From positions 62,001-126,000 of the forward strand of contig JAVKOQ020000097.1 of the NCBI GenBank assembly GCA_031835245.2: a DNA stretch of 64,000 bases, given 5' to 3'. The DNA comes from Balamuthia mandrillaris (lineage: Eukaryota). The position numbers and the translations under genes are program-made. How positions within the stretch are numbered: position 1 is the first letter of the stretch; each line of letters opens with the position of its first letter. Shown here in pieces: positions 58,723-64,000 of this stretch. The notes under the pieces are model-generated. The model did not search any database, was not told the origin of the DNA, and saw only the letters and a program-made list of their open reading frames with translations.

Positions 58723-58889
58723 GGATGTTTAAACATCGCGACGACGCGATAGTGGTGATGTCACACACTGTCGCCAAAAATGTAAATGAATGTCCGCGAA
58801 AAACAAAGAAAGGAAATTCCACGTCATCGAATGACGTGGCAAATTCACCCAAAAAAAAAAAAGAAAAATGAAAAAGAAACAGAAAAAAA

Positions 58890-59348
58890 ATGTATCGACA
58901 GAGACGAGGAGGACGGTCCTCCTCCGAGATGGGCCTTTTTCTGCTGCTCATGCAGGTGGCACGCATCGGCGTGGACAACATACCGCCTTGCACCCTCTTC
59001 TTTGCCGCCGCCAACGTCTTTGTTCACTACTTTGTCCACCAGGTCTCCTTGGGGGAGGTCTGCATCGGCTCTGCCGCCGTGTGGGCAGAGGGCCTCTTTG
59101 GGGCCGGCAGCGCGTGGCAGCGGCTTTGGTTGGCCTCGTTCTTTCACGTGGATGACATGCACCTCTACTACAACATGAGCTCCTTCCTGTGGAAAGGCGT
59201 GTTGTTGGAGCCTCTCTTTGGCACTCCTGTAGCGTACCCACTCCCTCCTTTTTCTTGTCGTTTCTTTCTTTCTTTCTTGCCGTTTCTTTCTTTCTTGTCG
59301 TTTCTTTCTTGTCGTTTCTTGTCGTTTCTTTCTTTCTTTCTTGTCGTT

Positions 59349-59428
<80 letters not shown>

Positions 59429-60281
59429 TCACTCTTTCTCTACTCGTTCTTTACTCACTTTAAAAAACACGAAACAGCACTTTGCCATGATGATAGTGTT
59501 GTTTGTTATAATATCCAACGTGATGATGGTGGGAGGGAGCTTTCTGCTCATGGAGTTCTTTGGCATTGCCGGGCCATTTTATTCGTGTGCGGTGGGCTTC
59601 TCTGCTGTGCTGTTCGCTTTGAAAGTGGTCGCCACCTATCATTCGCCATCCCCTACTTCTACGTATGTTTTTTGTTGCATTGTTATTTGTATGCTCGTTC
59701 TTTGCTCTCCTATTCTCTCTTTCTCTCTCTTTCTCTCTCTCTCTTTCTCTCTCTTGCTCTCTCTCACGCAATAACACCAATAACAATAATAGTGTAATGT
59801 TTCTTCCATTCACGGTACCGACAAGATGGTTGGCATGGGTTGAGCTTCTGCTCATCCAAATATTAGTACCGAATGCTTCTTTCTTCGGTCACCTGTGCGG
59901 CATTCTCACTGGTCTCTTATGTACGTGTAGTTTTCTCCTTCTCGTTCCGTTTCTCTTATAACCAAAAAAAAAAATGAACATTTAAATGAACCAACCCCAA
60001 AAAAAATGATAATAATGATAATAGACGTAAGTGGAGCATTACAGCCAGTTTTTGCTGTACTTTCCTTGTTGACATCAGCAGTTACTTTCGAGAATACCAA
60101 TTATCCTCGAACCACCATTCGTGATGGCGGTAGGTTCTGCTTTCCCTCGTTTCTTCTCACTTATATGTATTAGTTAACAACGCGGTATCTATTTGCTGTC
60201 AAAGTTATATACAGAGATAGAACACATGGGGCAACCAACCGAGGGGAGTACTACTACCACCACGACAACACGCATCATTAG
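58890..60281 (+). CDS. RHBDD1: Rhomboid protease, RHBDD1/RHBDL4-like, multi-exon
   Basis: WQRLWLASFFHVDDMHLYYNMSSFLWKG, catalytic CAVGFSAVLF (GxS) and WVELLLIQILVPNASFFGHLCGIL (His). Last exon inferred (TAG 60279-60281). Confidence 0.88.
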
Positions 60282-60754
60282 CTCTTCCTTCACTGCTTCT
60301 CTCCTCTCTGCTCTCCTCTCCTCTTCTCCTCTCCTCTCTTCTCTTGCTTGAGGGGCAACCATGTAAATTACTGATCTCCTTTCCGATCAAAATGAATTCA
60401 AAAAATGAACCCGATTGGTATTTAAATTCCCCGAATGACGTCACCCCACCCCCTTTTAGTGAAACAAGAGATTCTCAACCTTTTCTCCTCTCTTCTTCTC
60501 TTTTTCCTCTCTTTTCGTTTCTTCTCTCTGCTGCTCTCTCTCTCTCTGTTCCTCTCTCACAAAATCGATTTTAAAAATTGAATATATAATCTGTGGAGTT
60601 GATTTTTTTGATTTGTTGTTGGTGGAACTGTATCCCCCACCATTCAAGCGTGTGTTCAGTGATTTGTGGTTTAGCTGAAACTGAAAAAAAAAAACAATCC
60701 AGTCTCCATTCTCTCATAATTATAATTTATTTATTTTTTTGTATTTTTTTTTCG

Positions 60755-63700
60755 ATGCTCACAACGAGTAGCAGTGAAAGAAACCAACCACAACAGCCAC
60801 GCCTCTATTCGACTGTCGTTCCCTCCAGCTCTCCACCCTCGTCCTCCTCCTCCCCTTCTTCCTCCCCCTTCGTCTCTCTCGGTAGTCCCACCACCACTAC
60901 CCTCACCAACGACGACGACGACGACGACTGCTACGACCGCTACGACCACGACCCTTATGCAGCTGTGGATTGCCTCTGTGTCCAACAATTATTGCTCTCT
61001 TCCTCCCCGCGAACTTTTATTGCACCATCCTCAACAAAGAGAGAGCCGTCAGCAGCTCCAGCTTCAGCCTCTTCCCCTTTCTCTTCCACTCCGGCAGCTT
61101 CAGCGGACCAAATGCTTCAAACAACAAAAAAAGAAGACGAGAAAACGAAAGAAGAAGAAGGAGGAAGAAGAACAACAAATCCCATCCGTCTCCCCTTCTC
61201 CTCCGCTTCTTCCTCCTTATCGTCCTCGTCTTCTTCACCCTTTGCAAGTTTTCTAGACGGGACAAGAGGGGTTGACTTTGAGGCTCTCGCGTTCAGCGAC
61301 GAGGAGAAGAAGAAGAAGAAGCAAGAGAACGAGAACGAGAACGAGAAAGAGAAAGAGGGAGTGACGTTGTTACAAGAAGCAGAAGTAGAAGCGGCCGAAG
61401 CAGGAACCAGTTTTAGCGATTGGGAAGGCATACCTCATCTCCATCATCAGCAAGACAACCAACAAGAAGAAGAAACGTTTTTTGGCGTTTCACCGGAACG
61501 CACGTTTGCTTCTTCTCTTTCGATGTTACATTCTTCCTCGTCTTTTCTCCCTTCCGTTTCCGCTTCCTCTTCTTCTTCTTCTTCTTCTTTTGCTTTTGCA
61601 CGACAAACAATAGAAGAAGCAAAGGCGGACGAAGAAGAAGAAGACGAAGAGAAAGGAGGTCTTATCGACATGTCCGCTTCTCCTCTGTATTATTATGACT
61701 TCCAGCCGCATGAAGAACTCTTTTCATCGCTCTTCTTCAACGAGGCTGACGACGAGGAAAGCGAACGAAGAAGAAACGAAGAGGAGCCGCTGTCAACAAC
61801 GTTTACTCCTTCCTCTGCGTTACAACTGATAGACGATTTGTTGTTATCGGACTCTTCTTCCTCTCTACTTTCTTCAACTTCGTTAGCTGCTTCCATCGAC
61901 AATAGCAGCATCAACAACATTCTCGACTCATTTCTTGTTGAGCATCAACATCAACTCACTTCTTCAACTTCCTCGCTTTCTTCTCTTTCTGCTCCGTTGT
62001 TTCAGTCTTCTTCTTTTCCATATCCTTCTTCGGAAACGACGAGACTGAGCACAAGAATGTATGAATTGTTGTGCCGACTTCACGAACTGGGACAAGTCTC
62101 TCCTCAAGTGTTGCTCTATCTTGCGCAAATTGCACAACCGTCTTTGCTCTTCTCTCGTCTTCTTTCTTCTCCGTCTTCTTCAACAACAAATACAAACGCA
62201 AACAGTAACATTGACGTCGTTTCGGCTTTAGGTTCGATGTTTGAAATCCTTCTTCCTTTTCTTCAAGACCTAAAAGACTTTCAACAACAACGAAGGCGAA
62301 CGATAGAAATAGAAGAGAAAGAAGAAAACGTTGAAGAAGCGTTTGAGGCGTTATTGAAGAGATTTTACGATGAAATCGTTTTAATCGAAGAACAACAAGA
62401 AGGAGACCAAGAACGTAGAAAAGCCGATGTGGAAGCAGCATTAACAGAACTGTTTCTTATCGGAAGAAAGACACGTTCCACTTTCTTTTGTTTGGAAGAA
62501 GCGGAAGGAGAAGAGAAGAACGAGCCGGAAAGGAGAAAGAGAGCAGGAATGGCGTTCGTTTTGATGTTGGGACTTTGGGACGTGACTTTGGTGTTGAATC
62601 GCGTTTCTGCTTTACAAGTTTTGCATCTGACGAACGACTCTTTGCCGTACAACGATCATAACGGTGCCAGCACAAGCGTCGCTAAACAGTTTGGATTCAT
62701 GGTTGAGCTACAACAAGTTCTTCAGAGTTGGTCTTCTATTCAGGTATTTATTTTCTTTTCTCTGCTTTATTCTCTCCTTTTTTTTTGAAAATTGTCTTTA
62801 ACTTTTATTGTTTCTGTTGTTCATTCTTTTCTGTCGAAAAGGTGGAAGATTACTTTCGTATGATAGCAAGCACACCATTGCCGTTTCAAAAACAACAACT
62901 AGCACACACGGAACCGCATCTCTCCTTTCTGCTGCTAAACTACATTTTAGAGCTTCTGAAGATGCCGTTGGAAGAGCTGCTTTCCTTTCATCATTGGTTC
63001 ACTTATCTCTCTCGTCGCCATCTTCGTTTCTTGGTTCAACTGCTACACATTGATACTATCACTTTGCTCAACGTACGAAGAAGAGTTGTGACAGCCACTT
63101 CTTCAAACTCTCGTTCTCTTTCTTCGTCTTCATCAACAATACCAAATAATTTCAGACCTGCTTCTTCTTCTTCTTCTTCTTCTTCTTCTTTGACTTCTTC
63201 TGTTCTCTTTTCTCCAGCTGTATCAACGAGAAGAAAAAGACCGGCTGAAGCACAACTTGGTCGAGAAGAACGATTCTCACTTTCGCTGTTATCTCATTCA
63301 TCTTCTTCATCCTCTTCTACTACTTTATCGTCTGCTCCTTCATCCTCATCCTCGTCTTCATCACAACGCCCAACTCTTTCACTCTTTGGACTTCAACAGC
63401 AAATACCGTTATCTGCTTCGACGATGTCGTTGGTTCCACCTTCTTCGTCTGCTTCGCCTCTTCCTTCTTTACCCTCTTCTTTATCATCTTCTTTCAATAT
63501 GGAGCAATTATCATCAACGACAAATGATGATACGAGTCAACCGTTGGACCGAATTTGGGAACATTTTGCACAAGATCTTCCCCCTTCGTTGCTGCCTTTC
63601 TTTTCTTCTCCCTCTACTTCTTCCCCGCCGCGTTCTTCTTCTGCATCATCTTCTCTAACAACATCGACAGAAACAGCACCAACGCTTTTATCAACGGAAC

Positions 63701-63943
63701 CTTCGTCATCGGTGTTCCCTTCTCTCTCGCGTGCTTCTCTCTTCCAACAACAGCAACAACAAGCTCAACAATCACCAACTCTCTTATTTCAACGACCGCA
63801 ACAACTTCAAATAGAACAACACCAACCACAAAAAGACGCAGAAGACAGACAACGATTGACGGTCAAAACCGAACAGATGATATCTCCCGTTCGTGCAGCT
63901 AGCTCTTCTATTGCTCGTCCTGTTCCGTCTACTCTCAGGTTGC

Positions 63944-63988
<45 letters not shown>

Positions 63989-64000
63989 ATTTTATTTCTT
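60755..64000 (+). CDS. Large low-complexity (Ser/Glu-rich) hypothetical protein, continues past the window
   Basis: About 2-kb open first exon from the ATG at 60755 to a donor near 62744, then further exon-like Ser-rich sequence with apparent frame breaks. No domain recognised. Confidence 0.5.

Noticed and set aside
2596..59797. Many long ORFs made of poly-F/S/L/R/K/V/N/Q (e.g. 2813..3376, 34050..34556 tail, 38364..38944, 44997..46103, 50116..50667)
   Set aside because: They are translations of intronic microsatellites lying between GT/AG sites of recognisable genes.
34050..60281. Functional cluster of ubiquitin/ERAD/DNA-repair genes (PARP-UBA, FANCL, F-box, CUE, RHBDD1, DDOST)
   Set aside because: Mixed orientations with unrelated genes interspersed; such families are common enough in eukaryotes to co-occur by chance.

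Overview
Eukaryotic, intron-rich genomic DNA. It has GT-AG introns packed with microsatellites and short intergenic spacers, and the gene content suggests a free-living amoebozoan (Balamuthia/Acanthamoeba-like; this is inference). About 22 spliced host genes are readable: a DUF7029/7223-like secreted protein, a CRAL-TRIO/kinase/SAM/kinase fusion, two tandem GT-B glycosyltransferase-like paralogs, two inverted FG-GAP/VCBS paralogs, VPS53, lumazine synthase, a small presequence-like protein, a PARP6/8-like protein with UBA, a methyltransferase, DDOST/WBP1, FANCL, an ankyrin-Rab-FYVE fusion, an F-box/ankyrin protein, a double lamin-tail-domain protein, an alpha/alpha-barrel protein, an LRR protein, a KHA/DCX-like + CUE protein, an RHBDD1-like rhomboid and a large low-complexity protein. 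An island of about 11.6 kb (about 19.97-31.6 kb) has no host protein-coding gene. It holds a tRNA-Glu(TTC) gene in AT-rich, CpG-depleted DNA plus a truncated Ty3/gypsy element, a MULE transposase and a piggyBac-like element. The most interesting observations are: (1) the piggyBac-like element has GTC..GAC termini and a 6-bp TTATAT direct repeat instead of TTAA; (2) a quasi-palindromic 12-mer CATGACGACATG and related ATGTCGAC sites recur next to gene starts, with a related site inside that transposon's inverted repeat; (3) a small gene has two alternative 23-nt terminal exons encoding EEEDDGS or EGDDDGV; (4) an ankyrin-atypical Rab-FYVE fusion carries its RHHCR motif on a 14-nt microexon; (5) three duplications show patches of near-perfect identity suggesting gene conversion. 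Exon boundaries were read by eye and are provisional, and some frameshifts in homopolymer runs may be long-read sequencing errors.
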